DNA of 64,000 nt, taken from IMG/VR virus record IMGVR_UViG_3300017774_006743, positions 10,322 through 74,321 of that record; one strand, 5' to 3'. The first letter of the stretch is position 1. Each line of letters opens with the position of its first letter. The translations under genes and the position numbers were made by a program. A model generated the notes under the pieces. It was not told the DNA's origin, searched no databases, and saw nothing but the letters and a program-made list of their open reading frames with translations. Below, piece after piece: positions 49,878 through 59,449 of the stretch. Origin of the DNA: a virus (taxonomy: Duplodnaviria; Caudoviricetes).

Positions 49878-50465
49878 TTAAGGGTTGAGTGTTGGTGTAA
49901 GGTCAATACCAGGAACGGTGAATGATTCAACATCATAGAAGTGATAAGAAATGGTAACACCAATCTTCACAGTATCACCACGACCTTCAGCAATGGTGTA
50001 TTGAATTGGGTTGATGTTGCGAATCGAAGCTCCATAGAGGGTGTAGATACCATTTGGAATAGGTTCAAGATTCTTATCAAGCTGAGCTAGCTGAATGAGG
50101 TAATTGTTGTTTGGTGTTCCATAATTACCAGCAGAGGTAACATCATCAAATAAGAATCTTGATGCAACTTCAAACTTTGTGCGTAATCTCCCATTCTTTG
50201 GTAGGTAGAACTCAAGCTCATATGAATCCGAACCCGGATACTTTGCAGACCCTGGAACGTTAAACGGAAGACCCATGTAAGGAGCTTGGACGTTTTCAAT
50301 ATTACGACCCGGAAGAGCAGCAGCTCGAACATATACTAGCTCTTCATCAGTGAATGAATCGATACCAGCAAGGTTAAGCTGAACCACTCTGAAAAGGAAG
50401 TCTCTTGAGAAGTCCTGCCCCTGAGCAACTTGGTAGAATTTTTGAATGTTTTGATTGATTGCCAT
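49878..50465 (-). CDS. gp19: Tail tube protein, gp19-like
   Basis: VRAAALPGRNIENVQAPYMG...NVPG; directly downstream of the sheath gene. Confidence 0.8.
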   Translation of the reverse strand: MAINQNIQKFYQVAQGQDFSRDFLFRVVQLNLAGIDSFTDEELVYVRAAALPGRNIENVQAPYMGLPFNVPGSAKYPGSDSYELEFYLPKNGRLRTKFEVASRFLFDDVTSAGNYGTPNNNYLIQLAQLDKNLEPIPNGIYTLYGASIRNINPIQYTIAEGRGDTVKIGVTISYHFYDVESFTVPGIDLTPTLNP

Positions 50466-50482
50466 AAGATTATTTAATTAGA

Positions 50483-52810
50483 TTAGCCAATTAGCTCTTC
50501 GAAGTTTGTGTCGGTTCTTGTAGCAACAAAGTTAACAAGAATAAACTCACCAGTACGAACAGCCTTAAGAAGGATTGTTACAACCAATTCATTGTTGTCA
50601 ATAACTTCTCCGGTATTATTATCTGAATTACAAATCACTTTGTAATCGTAAACACCTTCTGCAGCTTTGATCCGTTCAAAGAAAGGATTAAGAGTGTTTA
50701 CAACCCGACGACGTGTAAAGTCTGTATTATTTTCAAATACAAAGTATTGCATTGTCTTATATACAGCTTTCTCAGCGTATAGGAACAAGCGACGAACGTT
50801 GACTCGGTCAAATGCACTTGGTTTCTTTTGAAGAGTCTTTTGACCGAAGATTGCAATTCCCTGACCCGGGAATTGAACAATTGGGTTAAATGATGCTTTG
50901 TAGAGATCATCTCGTTGCTTCTGATTTGGTGAGAATGCAATGTCAATGACATTGTTAAGAATACCCCTGTTAAATCCAGCAGGTGCTCCCCATGGTCCAA
51001 CGATTGCATCTGTTACAGCATACTTACCAGCAACAAATCCAGATGATGGAACCCATACATCTTCACTCAACACACCATCCCGAACTTTAACCCAGTTAGC
51101 ATATACTGCACCATAGTTGGTGTTGTATTGGCTGTAGAGATTACGCATTGGGTAATAGATTGAAGTTGAGAATGCAGCTCCAGCCTTTTGAATAGCTTTC
51201 AAATTCTTCCCTTCAACGAAGATCCAACGAAGTGGGTCAGCAATAAAGAAACAATCACCACGACCACCTTCTTGAATTGAGTTACAAAATGCAGAGTACT
51301 TTGTCAACACACTGTCATAAGCAGTGACAATCGAAGTATCTGTTGGAGTTGATGTTCTAATAGCATCAACCTTTGTCGACAATGATGTTGGGTAATTTGT
51401 ATCAACAAACATCCCAGATCCAACAATTTCATTGTAAGCATGGATCGTTCCAAGACCACCTTCAACGAAGATGTCGAGGTCGTAGATGTCTTTGTTTCTT
51501 ACCTTTTCAAGACCTATATCAACTTTTGTTGCAACGTCACCAACTACCTTTGCGGTGAGCTTTTGATCTGAATAAACACCAAGTGGGAATAGACCATCAC
51601 AATACCCGAGTCCAGCACGAGCTGCATTAACAATACCAGCTGTTGTTGAGAGTGTTCCAGTACCAAGAGTGGTAAAACCAATCTCAGAAGAGAGCTTCGT
51701 TGAGAGGGTTTGTGTTAGAATACGAATCTTCTTACGAGCATCAAGATTTGCAAGAGATGAACGACCACCGTTTGCACCATTTTGATTTGAGATGAATGGA
51801 TTTACCAAGATTTGGTAATTTGTATCTCTTGACTCTGTTTCAAGGAACGCTGGTTCTTCAGCACCATTTTGTGTTGATACCGTTCTGTAATAATCAATTG
51901 ATCCAGCGTATTTTGAATCAATAACAAACGCCAACTTACGGGGATCATCATTTCCAAACACCTTCCGAAGTTTGTAGGTATTGACAAGAAGGTGATCACT
52001 AAACTCCTGTGAGTCAATGATATAAGACGTTGTTTGTGTTTCAAGAATTCTAGATATTGAGTTAATATTAGAAGTTGAGCTTGAAGAAAGAGAGAATGTC
52101 ATGACACTCTCTGGGATAACTGTGAAGTTTGAACCAACACCTGATTGTGTTACTGTATAAGCATATGTGATTTTGTTAAAATCATTTGCAAGGTTGTCTG
52201 TATCAACGTTATCACCAATGGCAATGTAATAACCATTATATTGTGGATCAACAACTGTTTGAGCCTTGTTAACAACAAGAAGAGCAGCAGATGAAAGATC
52301 ACGGACTGTTGAGAATGTTGATCGTGGTGTTGCAGACCACTCAAAAAGAGATCCATTGATCAAGGCTTGGTATTCTGATTCATTGAGTGCAAACTGAGCT
52401 GGTTTACCAACAAAATATACACCACCACTGAGGTCAAAAGTAGTTGCAAATGTCCCTGTTGTATTAAATGCTGATGCTGGGAAAGCAAGAACAGTATACT
52501 GAGATCCAAATCCTATACCAGTACCAGAACCATATGGAAGTCTGTTGCAGTAGATCGTCCCGGGAGAATTAAGAGCCCCTTTAACGGTGTGGTAGAAATA
52601 TCTTTCAGCGGCGTTTTTTGGTGTTCCGTAAACTGATTCAAAATCAGTAATTGATGTGATTTGAAGAACTTCATCAGTTGGACCTTCATCAGCATAACCC
52701 ATTGTATAGATTTTTGTCCCAGCTGATGGAGAAACTCTTTGTGATAGGTCTGTTTCAAGTATCTCAACACCTGGAGATTCAATAGTTCTTGTAATTCTTG
52801 TAAATGCCAT
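50483..52810 (-). CDS. gp18: Tail sheath protein
   Basis: SPGVEILETDLS, GPTDEV, FESVYGTP, WGAPAGFNRG, FGQKTL, FDRVNVRRLF, FENN. Start moved to ATG 52810. Confidence 0.96.
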   Translation of the reverse strand: MAFTRITRTIESPGVEILETDLSQRVSPSAGTKIYTMGYADEGPTDEVLQITSITDFESVYGTPKNAAERYFYHTVKGALNSPGTIYCNRLPYGSGTGIGFGSQYTVLAFPASAFNTTGTFATTFDLSGGVYFVGKPAQFALNESEYQALINGSLFEWSATPRSTFSTVRDLSSAALLVVNKAQTVVDPQYNGYYIAIGDNVDTDNLANDFNKITYAYTVTQSGVGSNFTVIPESVMTFSLSSSSTSNINSISRILETQTTSYIIDSQEFSDHLLVNTYKLRKVFGNDDPRKLAFVIDSKYAGSIDYYRTVSTQNGAEEPAFLETESRDTNYQILVNPFISNQNGANGGRSSLANLDARKKIRILTQTLSTKLSSEIGFTTLGTGTLSTTAGIVNAARAGLGYCDGLFPLGVYSDQKLTAKVVGDVATKVDIGLEKVRNKDIYDLDIFVEGGLGTIHAYNEIVGSGMFVDTNYPTSLSTKVDAIRTSTPTDTSIVTAYDSVLTKYSAFCNSIQEGGRGDCFFIADPLRWIFVEGKNLKAIQKAGAAFSTSIYYPMRNLYSQYNTNYGAVYANWVKVRDGVLSEDVWVPSSGFVAGKYAVTDAIVGPWGAPAGFNRGILNNVIDIAFSPNQKQRDDLYKASFNPIVQFPGQGIAIFGQKTLQKKPSAFDRVNVRRLFLYAEKAVYKTMQYFVFENNTDFTRRRVVNTLNPFFERIKAAEGVYDYKVICNSDNNTGEVIDNNELVVTILLKAVRTGEFILVNFVATRTDTNFEELIG

Positions 52811-52847
52811 ATACAAGATATTTAATAAAATTCGAGCAGATTTTTTC

Positions 52848-53414
52848 TCAGATACTCAGTTTATTGACATGTAACTGGGAATACACAAAGGTAAATGAAC
52901 ATTCTGCCTCTCCCCCATCCCTGTAATTCCAATTTATTTCACCAAGAGATGTTGGAAAAGCTTTTGTATAAGTAAATTCTACAACCCCATTGTCAAATTC
53001 ATCCTTCACAATGATGGTCAGATCAACTTGATACTCATCAAATAAGTCTTCTGGAATTAATCCCCTTACATCAGGGATACCTTCGACCTGATCATGCATT
53101 AAGTTTAGCCATTGATATATGACCCAATAGTTATTGAACCTGTTATCAATAGTGAAATTGACCGTAACAGGTGGATACGAATTCTTTCCATGAGAAGAGT
53201 TATACAATGTTGATCCAGCATATCTAATCTCAACACCAGGTACTTCAATATTTGGTGTTACAGCTCCCCAAATTGAGAACTGCAACGTATTACTCATTAT
53301 ATGAAGATTATCATTGACTGTTTTTGTGTCAATCTTCTTAAGAGCACTAGGAATATTGAAAGAAAGTGTAAACTTGTCTTTCCGTTGCTTGTTGAGTAAG
53401 GATTGTTGTGCCAT
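52848..53414 (-). CDS. Tail tube terminator, gp3-like
   Basis: VNFTIDNRFNNYWVIYQWL...AFPTSLGEI. Confidence 0.7.
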   Translation of the reverse strand: MAQQSLLNKQRKDKFTLSFNIPSALKKIDTKTVNDNLHIMSNTLQFSIWGAVTPNIEVPGVEIRYAGSTLYNSSHGKNSYPPVTVNFTIDNRFNNYWVIYQWLNLMHDQVEGIPDVRGLIPEDLFDEYQVDLTIIVKDEFDNGVVEFTYTKAFPTSLGEINWNYRDGGEAECSFTFVYSQLHVNKLSI

Positions 53415-53430
53415 TGTGTATATTTAATTG

Positions 53431-55128
53431 TTAGAACCCAAGTGGTCTCCACCCCAATGCATGGAGTTCATCTTCATCGATATCCTGTTCATTACCAAAA
53501 CCAAATATAACAGGAGCAAGTGATGTATCAATTGATTCAAGAGCTTCTGGTGTATATATTGAATGGGGATTGATATAATTGGTGAGACCCCAATCAGTTG
53601 CTGAGATTTTCATTGGTTTTCCATTATCATCACGTTCTTCGATTTCAAAATATTGACTGCATATTTCATCAAACAACGCCATTAAGCACCACATCATTGA
53701 AGTGACTCTATCATCGTGGAATCCATCTTTAGCACTCCACATACCATTTGGTTTTCTTGTAAACTCTTTTAGTTCCCTGAGGGTGTCAATATCACCAAGT
53801 TTTACACACTTAAGCTCATTCATCCAGTATCTCATGTTTTGAACAGCTTTTGGTTTGGTGTTTGAGTGTGATATCATTCCAATCTGTTGTGCTCTCTTAG
53901 CAAGGTGGCCACCCCACGATACAACGTTTTCATATCCAAGCTGTAGCTTAAATCTATCTGCAACTTGGGCACCAACACCATTTCTCTCAATAAAGCACAG
54001 GGGTCTTCCCCATTGGCTTAATATCTCAAATGATTTTGTGGTGAATTCATACACTGATATTCTATTATTGTAGTAGATAGCAACCTGTTTTATCTCCTTA
54101 AGATCTGTTATGTCAAATATCTGGATAACAGATGCATCTTTTCCTATACCTTCTGCTGTATCAATACCAGCACAATATATCCGTCCTTCTTGGCAAGGTT
54201 CATATATCTTCAGGTGTCCATCCTCAAGAGTAAACTTCGGATCAAAGCACCCTTCCTTGAGTTTATCAAACAATTCATGATCAACTGCTCCATCACCAAA
54301 GTCAAGAAATTCATTTTGGAACTCTTGTAACCACCCTTCGTATCCGACTGATTGAATAGTCTTTTGTTTAAATTCTTCATCTCTCCCGGGCGGTTCATCC
54401 CACTCAATTTTGTCAAAACCAAATCCATTCTCACCATTGATAGCCCCGGTCCATAATTTATGAAATAGATTTCCAACCCCATTTGGAGTTGATGCTATTA
54501 AGATCTTAGATTTCTTCGCTGAAGAAATTGTTGGGTATACAGATCTCCAGAAATCTTCTAATATAGAAGCGGGCTCGACAAATCCAAGTTCGTCCAAAAT
54601 CAAACAACTAATTGACATCCCACGAGCTGCTGACCCCGTTGTGGTTGAAATACTAATCTCAGAACCATTTGCCAACTTCATTGATGTTGCTCCATAGGCT
54701 CCATCAATACCAGGCTTTAACCAATTTGGAAGTTCCTCATATGCTAACTTGACCCGCTTAAAAATTTCAATTGCTGTTGCTTCTTTGTTAGCAATAATAA
54801 CAATACGTTTGTCTTTATTAAAGCATACATGGTGTAATGCTACTACTGTGTATAATGTGGTTTTACCGCATTGGCGAGGGGATAGTAATATAAAGAATCT
54901 ATTTTCTGCAGTCTTTTTTAAAACACGTTTTTGATATCCATGAAGTGGTATTTTAATTCTCCCTTCATCTGGGTGTACAATATAGAAGTAGTTTTCAGCA
55001 AAATGCATCATATCATCTTTGCATCGAAGAAGCTCTTTTGCTCTAAACTCATCATATTCATGTTGAGCAAAAGCTGTTGGTAGATTTGGGTTACCGAGAT
55101 AACTATCTCTTTTCTTACGTTCTGCCAT
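53431..55128 (-). CDS. gp17: Terminase large subunit
   Basis: YLGNPNL, PRQCGKTT, LILDE, ASTPNG, GIDTAEG, HDDRV. Start moved to ATG 55128. Confidence 0.96.
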   Translation of the reverse strand: MAERKKRDSYLGNPNLPTAFAQHEYDEFRAKELLRCKDDMMHFAENYFYIVHPDEGRIKIPLHGYQKRVLKKTAENRFFILLSPRQCGKTTLYTVVALHHVCFNKDKRIVIIANKEATAIEIFKRVKLAYEELPNWLKPGIDGAYGATSMKLANGSEISISTTTGSAARGMSISCLILDELGFVEPASILEDFWRSVYPTISSAKKSKILIASTPNGVGNLFHKLWTGAINGENGFGFDKIEWDEPPGRDEEFKQKTIQSVGYEGWLQEFQNEFLDFGDGAVDHELFDKLKEGCFDPKFTLEDGHLKIYEPCQEGRIYCAGIDTAEGIGKDASVIQIFDITDLKEIKQVAIYYNNRISVYEFTTKSFEILSQWGRPLCFIERNGVGAQVADRFKLQLGYENVVSWGGHLAKRAQQIGMISHSNTKPKAVQNMRYWMNELKCVKLGDIDTLRELKEFTRKPNGMWSAKDGFHDDRVTSMMWCLMALFDEICSQYFEIEERDDNGKPMKISATDWGLTNYINPHSIYTPEALESIDTSLAPVIFGFGNEQDIDEDELHALGWRPLGF

Positions 55129-55160
55129 AAATTTAGTTATTCGCAAGACTAAATATTCAC

Positions 55161-56006
55161 GTGAATAAAAACGACTCCGTTAAACTAGGTGACATATATG
55201 GTAACATCCTCAACAGGGTAAAACGTAAACCTTTTGTGGAGTCAACTGAACAATCTCTACCTCATGAAGGAAAAGGTAAGAAAAAAACGATGCCGATTTC
55301 TAAAGCTGGGGGACCTGAAGATGTTGAAGACCTTGAAGATATTGTTGTTGATGCAACAAAGATTTCCAAGAAAGAGAACACAAACAGTGATAATCTTGGT
55401 GGTGATACGGAAAAAATTAATAAAGAAGCTATAAATAAAGTTATGAGTAAATCTATTTTTGACAAACTTTACCTTGAAATGATGGGTGGCGCAATGGGAC
55501 CTGAATCTGAAGAACTTTCTGAACTTGGTATTGATACCGAAGGCGGAGAAGACGATCTTGATCTTGGCATGGGTGAAGAAGACAACGACGACGTAACAGT
55601 TACAATGCCTCGCAGTGTTGCTAAACAACTTTGTGATCTTCTTTCAGCAGTTGTTGATGATGAGCCAGCTGAAGATGAATTTGGTGGTGAAGATGAATTT
55701 GGTGGTGAAGAAGAAGGTGGTGGAGATGACTTCTCTTTTGACGAAGATGAAGAAGGTGAAGTTAAAGGCCATGCTGGTAAGGGAAAAGTTCCTTTCACCG
55801 GTAAGGGTGAAAATAAGGTCGGTGGTGACCTTGGTAAGGTAACAAGCGGGTCAGCTGATGGTAAGTACACAGTTGGAGACGGTAAACCTTCTGAACATGG
55901 TCATCCAATGAAGGGTGCAAAAGTTCCCCAGGAACTTGTTGGAAAGTCAAACAAAGTAAGTGCATCAAAGGTAAACAACCCGGGTGCAAATCTATTCGGT
56001 AATTAA
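55161..56006 (+). CDS. Acidic, Gly/Lys-rich late protein (possible core or internal protein)
   Basis: TAAATA 5 nt before the GTG; EDEFGG tandem; low complexity. Confidence 0.7.
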   Translation: MNKNDSVKLGDIYGNILNRVKRKPFVESTEQSLPHEGKGKKKTMPISKAGGPEDVEDLEDIVVDATKISKKENTNSDNLGGDTEKINKEAINKVMSKSIFDKLYLEMMGGAMGPESEELSELGIDTEGGEDDLDLGMGEEDNDDVTVTMPRSVAKQLCDLLSAVVDDEPAEDEFGGEDEFGGEEEGGGDDFSFDEDEEGEVKGHAGKGKVPFTGKGENKVGGDLGKVTSGSADGKYTVGDGKPSEHGHPMKGAKVPQELVGKSNKVSASKVNNPGANLFGN

Positions 56007-56014
56007 TCTCAAAA

Positions 56015-56220
56015 ATAAAAATATATGACCCCTTTTGAATTAACCCTCAAAAGGGGTCTTCTTTTGTTGATATTACTGACTACAAGTCTTTCTGCTTGTA
56101 AATTACAAAAGGTATATACCACTCCCTGCGCTGTTGGAACCTGCTGGTCTGGTAAAGTATGTTCATGCACAAAGCAAAAGTCAAACAACTGTTATTGTAC
56201 ACCTAAAACACCATTGTATA
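56015..56220 (-). ncRNA. Candidate structured ncRNA of about 200 nt
   Basis: Minus-strand TTGAAA-N16-TAATAT promoter, no long ORF on that strand, long imperfect inverted repeat 56066-56189, ends at the 12-bp hairpin. Confidence 0.35.
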
Positions 56221-56225
56221 GGTAA
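56025..56225 (+). CDS. Possible small Cys-rich lipoprotein (alternative reading of the gap)
   Basis: LLLLILLTTSLSAC lipobox plus six more Cys; fills the gap, but its 5' end lies in the terminator hairpin. Confidence 0.3.
   Translation: MTPFELTLKRGLLLLILLTTSLSACKLQKVYTTPCAVGTCWSGKVCSCTKQKSNNCYCTPKTPLYR
56027..56058. terminator. Perfect 12-bp hairpin, likely a bidirectional terminator
   Basis: GACCCCTTTTGA-8 nt-TCAAAAGGGGTC, with TTCTTTTGTT after it on + and an A-rich run before it. Confidence 0.75.
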
Positions 56226-56243
56226 AATATTATAAATAGTATT

Positions 56244-56603
56244 GTGAATTTCAAACAATTTTATGAAACAAACGAATCTGGGTTGATGAATCCTAATGTT
56301 GTATCTTTATCACAAGGTACGAGGCGGAAAGGTGCGGCCGCACAGAGTGTTGGTCCAACAGTGGGTGCTAAATATCAAAACATGGTTCGGAAGCAAGATA
56401 AAGTAATTGGTGAAAGAGAGCACCCGGATGTTGAAGCATTTGTTAAGATGAATCTCATCAAGAAAGAAATTACAAACACTGCCCAAGATGTTATTAATCA
56501 ATATGGTCTTGGTCTTATAAATCCCGGAGAAGAAAAGCACATAAATTCCAATTCACCAGTAAAGATTCGCAACGAAAATGGGAGGTTTTTTCTAATTAAA
56601 TGA
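56244..56603 (+). CDS. Hypothetical late protein with a capsid-targeting-like N-terminus
   Basis: TATAAATA 5 nt before the GTG; MNFKQFYE. Confidence 0.7.
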   Translation: MNFKQFYETNESGLMNPNVVSLSQGTRRKGAAAQSVGPTVGAKYQNMVRKQDKVIGEREHPDVEAFVKMNLIKKEITNTAQDVINQYGLGLINPGEEKHINSNSPVKIRNENGRFFLIK

Positions 56604-57361
56604 GCTCTGAATGCAAACAATTAGACTGCCAGGTTTTTGTTGGTATATCAGACCCAAATTGCTCTGTATACAATCGTGATAACTTTCAAGCAGAGCAAAT
56701 CATATACCAATCTGCTTATAAGGACTTAATCAATCAGTTTGGTATAAACATCCGATATTTTGTTAATACATTCAATCTCACATCTGGGGATGTATTCTTT
56801 GGTGAACAACCATATAAAAAGTATGGAAACCCTGTTGAGATGCGTGTGTATGCTGAAGTATCTGATAACGCTATTAGTCTTCAACGATTTGGCTTTGTAT
56901 CTGATGATGAATTTACAGGTTATATTGATATAACAACGTTTACCACGACATTCTCAACGTTGGGTTATCATACCCCAAATGGCCAACGTATTGAACCAAA
57001 GTCTGGTGATGTTATTGAACTAACAGATCTTGGTTATTGTCGCCCAGGGGCCAGAGGTCCACGCCTTTATGAGATAACCGAACGGGTTGATCAGGATTTC
57101 AACTCTATTAACCCTGCCCTGGGAACATACGTGTGGCGCATCAGAGGGAAGCGTTTTGCTTACTCATACGAACCAGGCTTATCAGCTGAAGGTGGAACTA
57201 ATCCACCGGTGTATGACAATACATTCACCGGTGTGGTTTCATCAACACAGCAAGCTCCATCACCAAATAAGAATTACCCATATGACGTTAACGAAGACAG
57301 TATAGATACCGTTTATGATCAAAGGGTTAATGATACGTCAATTTATGGTGGGTATTATTAA
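56600..57361 (+). CDS. gp14: Neck/head completion protein, gp14-like
   Basis: INQFGINIRY...FFGE...FGFVSDDE...PKSGDVI...LYEIT. Confidence 0.75.
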   Translation: MSSECKQLDCQVFVGISDPNCSVYNRDNFQAEQIIYQSAYKDLINQFGINIRYFVNTFNLTSGDVFFGEQPYKKYGNPVEMRVYAEVSDNAISLQRFGFVSDDEFTGYIDITTFTTTFSTLGYHTPNGQRIEPKSGDVIELTDLGYCRPGARGPRLYEITERVDQDFNSINPALGTYVWRIRGKRFAYSYEPGLSAEGGTNPPVYDNTFTGVVSSTQQAPSPNKNYPYDVNEDSIDTVYDQRVNDTSIYGGYY

Positions 57362-57364
57362 TTA

Positions 57365-57380
57365 GGAACAGGGGTATAAT
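57365..57380 (+). promoter_or_regulatory. GGAA-N6-TATAAT promoter of the accessory operon
   Basis: GGAA 57365-57368, TATAAT 57375-57380, ATG 57388. Confidence 0.65.
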
Positions 57381-57387
57381 GGTGTAA

Positions 57388-58365
57388 ATGAGGATTCTCA
57401 AATTTCCACAAAAAGAACTATCAGAATTAACAGATGCAGAAATAGATACTGTTAATAATTACAAAAATACCACTTCAGCAAAAAATGGGATGGTGTTGTC
57501 GATTTTAAAAGCATATAATAACCACAAAGTACTGTCAATATCACCAGATGATGTGATGAATAATATTTGCTGTTTGTGGGCAAAGTATGTTTTTCTAAAC
57601 GCAGAAAAGTTCCGGTCACAAATTGTCACCCATAAAGGTCAAAAAACAATAACAATCTTAACACAACAAAACACCCGGTGGGATAACGAATTGCTGATTG
57701 ATCACATGAGTAGATATATCTCAGAAATCAATGGTGAACAAGAATCAATTAAATGGATGGATGTAGAATTTACAACCACTAAAGAATTAGACAAAATGAT
57801 TCGCCAAGTGGCTGTCCTTGCTTCTCAAAAAGCTTATTATGCATACCATTCTAGAACACTATGTTGGTTGCCTCAAATTAACATTATGGGTACAGTTGAG
57901 GACTGGGAGCTGTTGTGGGATAAGATTAAAGTTATGCCTTGCTTTGATCCTGATATGGAAGCTTGGAGAACAATTTTGAAAAGAGTTGTTTCAAAATTTA
58001 TTGTTGCTTCAGAAAAAGATATTGACTTCTGGCAAGCCCCTCTCACTTACTTTCCAGGTGGTTCTGGGTCGATTAATCACTATTGTGGGTGGATAACAGT
58101 GTTTAATCCTTTCAATGAGAAGGGAATGTGGGGGAGAAAATCAGTAAGTAAATTAGGGAGATCTGAAGAAAAAACCGAATTCTATTTTGTTCCAACAGAA
58201 GAGATATTAGACCTATCTGTTAATTTCGAAATTATTTGTGAAAATGATTATGGAGATAAAATTGGGTCACTTAAAGTCGCTGCCGGAGCGACAGCAGTTC
58301 AAGCATCAAAAGAATTTGGGATCCAACCTCAAAACAAGTTACACTTTACATACCATAATGTATGA
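57388..58365 (+). CDS. DUF4419-like protein
   Basis: NGMVLSILKAYNNHKVLSISPDD...NAEKFR...HKG, FTTT, LCWLPQI, GSGS...CGWI. Confidence 0.75.
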   Translation: MRILKFPQKELSELTDAEIDTVNNYKNTTSAKNGMVLSILKAYNNHKVLSISPDDVMNNICCLWAKYVFLNAEKFRSQIVTHKGQKTITILTQQNTRWDNELLIDHMSRYISEINGEQESIKWMDVEFTTTKELDKMIRQVAVLASQKAYYAYHSRTLCWLPQINIMGTVEDWELLWDKIKVMPCFDPDMEAWRTILKRVVSKFIVASEKDIDFWQAPLTYFPGGSGSINHYCGWITVFNPFNEKGMWGRKSVSKLGRSEEKTEFYFVPTEEILDLSVNFEIICENDYGDKIGSLKVAAGATAVQASKEFGIQPQNKLHFTYHNV

Positions 58366-59042
58366 TTAGATTCGAAGAAAAAGAGCACAAGTATATTTGG
58401 GAGCCGACTGGTGAACAGTATATTAGTGTCTCACAATTGCTATCAAAATACAAACACCCTTTTGATAAAGAGAAGCATGCAACAAGAATTGCTAAGAGAG
58501 ATGGTGTAACTGTTGACTTTATATTAGAGCAATGGCAGAATACAGCAGACATTGCAACCACAAAAGGTAAGAAAATACATAAGCTTCTTGAGGATTACAT
58601 TCGATTGAACATAAAGGACCCAGAAATGGGTTGGTTGTATGATCAGTTCGATATGAACATCTTCGATAACTATACGATTATAAATGCTGAGAAGGTTCTG
58701 TGGGATTGTAAGAACAAACTTGCAGGAACATCTGATCTTGTAGTTGATTTTGATGATACCTTCTCTATAATAGATTTTAAGACAAACAAGCAATTCAGAA
58801 CATGGAACAAGTACAATGAATATCTTCTATACCCTGTTGATTATCTTCAGCATTGTGAATATAACGATTATTGCTTACAATTATCACTTTATGCGTACAT
58901 GTATGAAAAGCTATCTTACAAACGCTGTAAAAATATTCAGGTATTTTACATAAATGAGGAAAAGATCTATAATTACAATATGCCGTATATGAAATTAGAA
59001 ATTGTTTCTATTCTAAAACATTACAGAGAACAAGAAAAATGA
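58362..59042 (+). CDS. PD-(D/E)XK (RecB/Cas4-like) exonuclease
   Basis: SVSQLL, KGKKIH, LAGTSDL...IIDFKT, YCLQLSLYA. Confidence 0.85.
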   Translation: MIRFEEKEHKYIWEPTGEQYISVSQLLSKYKHPFDKEKHATRIAKRDGVTVDFILEQWQNTADIATTKGKKIHKLLEDYIRLNIKDPEMGWLYDQFDMNIFDNYTIINAEKVLWDCKNKLAGTSDLVVDFDDTFSIIDFKTNKQFRTWNKYNEYLLYPVDYLQHCEYNDYCLQLSLYAYMYEKLSYKRCKNIQVFYINEEKIYNYNMPYMKLEIVSILKHYREQEK

Positions 59043-59449
59043 TTGGAAAAGACCAACTAAAAAAACTGATGGCCAGTGATTTCTGGAACTACATTGCTGA
59101 AATCAATTGGGGTGATGAGGTTAAGTCTGCGAGTCGAATTAAGCAAGCAGGTTTAAAAAATATTCCACCATATAAGGCAGATCTTTATAAAGAGCTGTGT
59201 CGCGACTATGTGAAAGAACTGTCCGACAAGGTACAACTTTTAGATATTTCACGTAACTATTCTAGATGGTGCGTTTTTGCAGCATGCCATGAGGTCGTTG
59301 GATTCGGAAAAACGGAGTATGACCGAACCCTCAAAAATCCTCAGGAAATTGAAAGAATTTTAGAAAGTATCGAATTCGCTGACAATGATAATATGTTTGT
59401 AAATTGTCTCCCAGCTGAAGACGATTACTATCACCAATTTAATGATTAA
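59039..59449 (+). CDS. Hypothetical protein
   Basis: ATGA-coupled. Confidence 0.65.
   Translation: MIGKDQLKKLMASDFWNYIAEINWGDEVKSASRIKQAGLKNIPPYKADLYKELCRDYVKELSDKVQLLDISRNYSRWCVFAACHEVVGFGKTEYDRTLKNPQEIERILESIEFADNDNMFVNCLPAEDDYYHQFND

Noticed and set aside
55672-55710. 18-nt tandem repeat GAAGATGAATTTGGTGGT
   Set aside because: In-frame low-complexity coding repeat (EDEFGG), not an array or regulatory repeat.
56118-56156. tRNA-like GGTTCCAA loop on the minus strand
   Set aside because: No acceptor, D or anticodon arms could be built.
58362-59042. Cas4 or anti-CRISPR system
   Set aside because: Generic PD-(D/E)XK nuclease without the four-Cys Fe-S pattern or CRISPR context.
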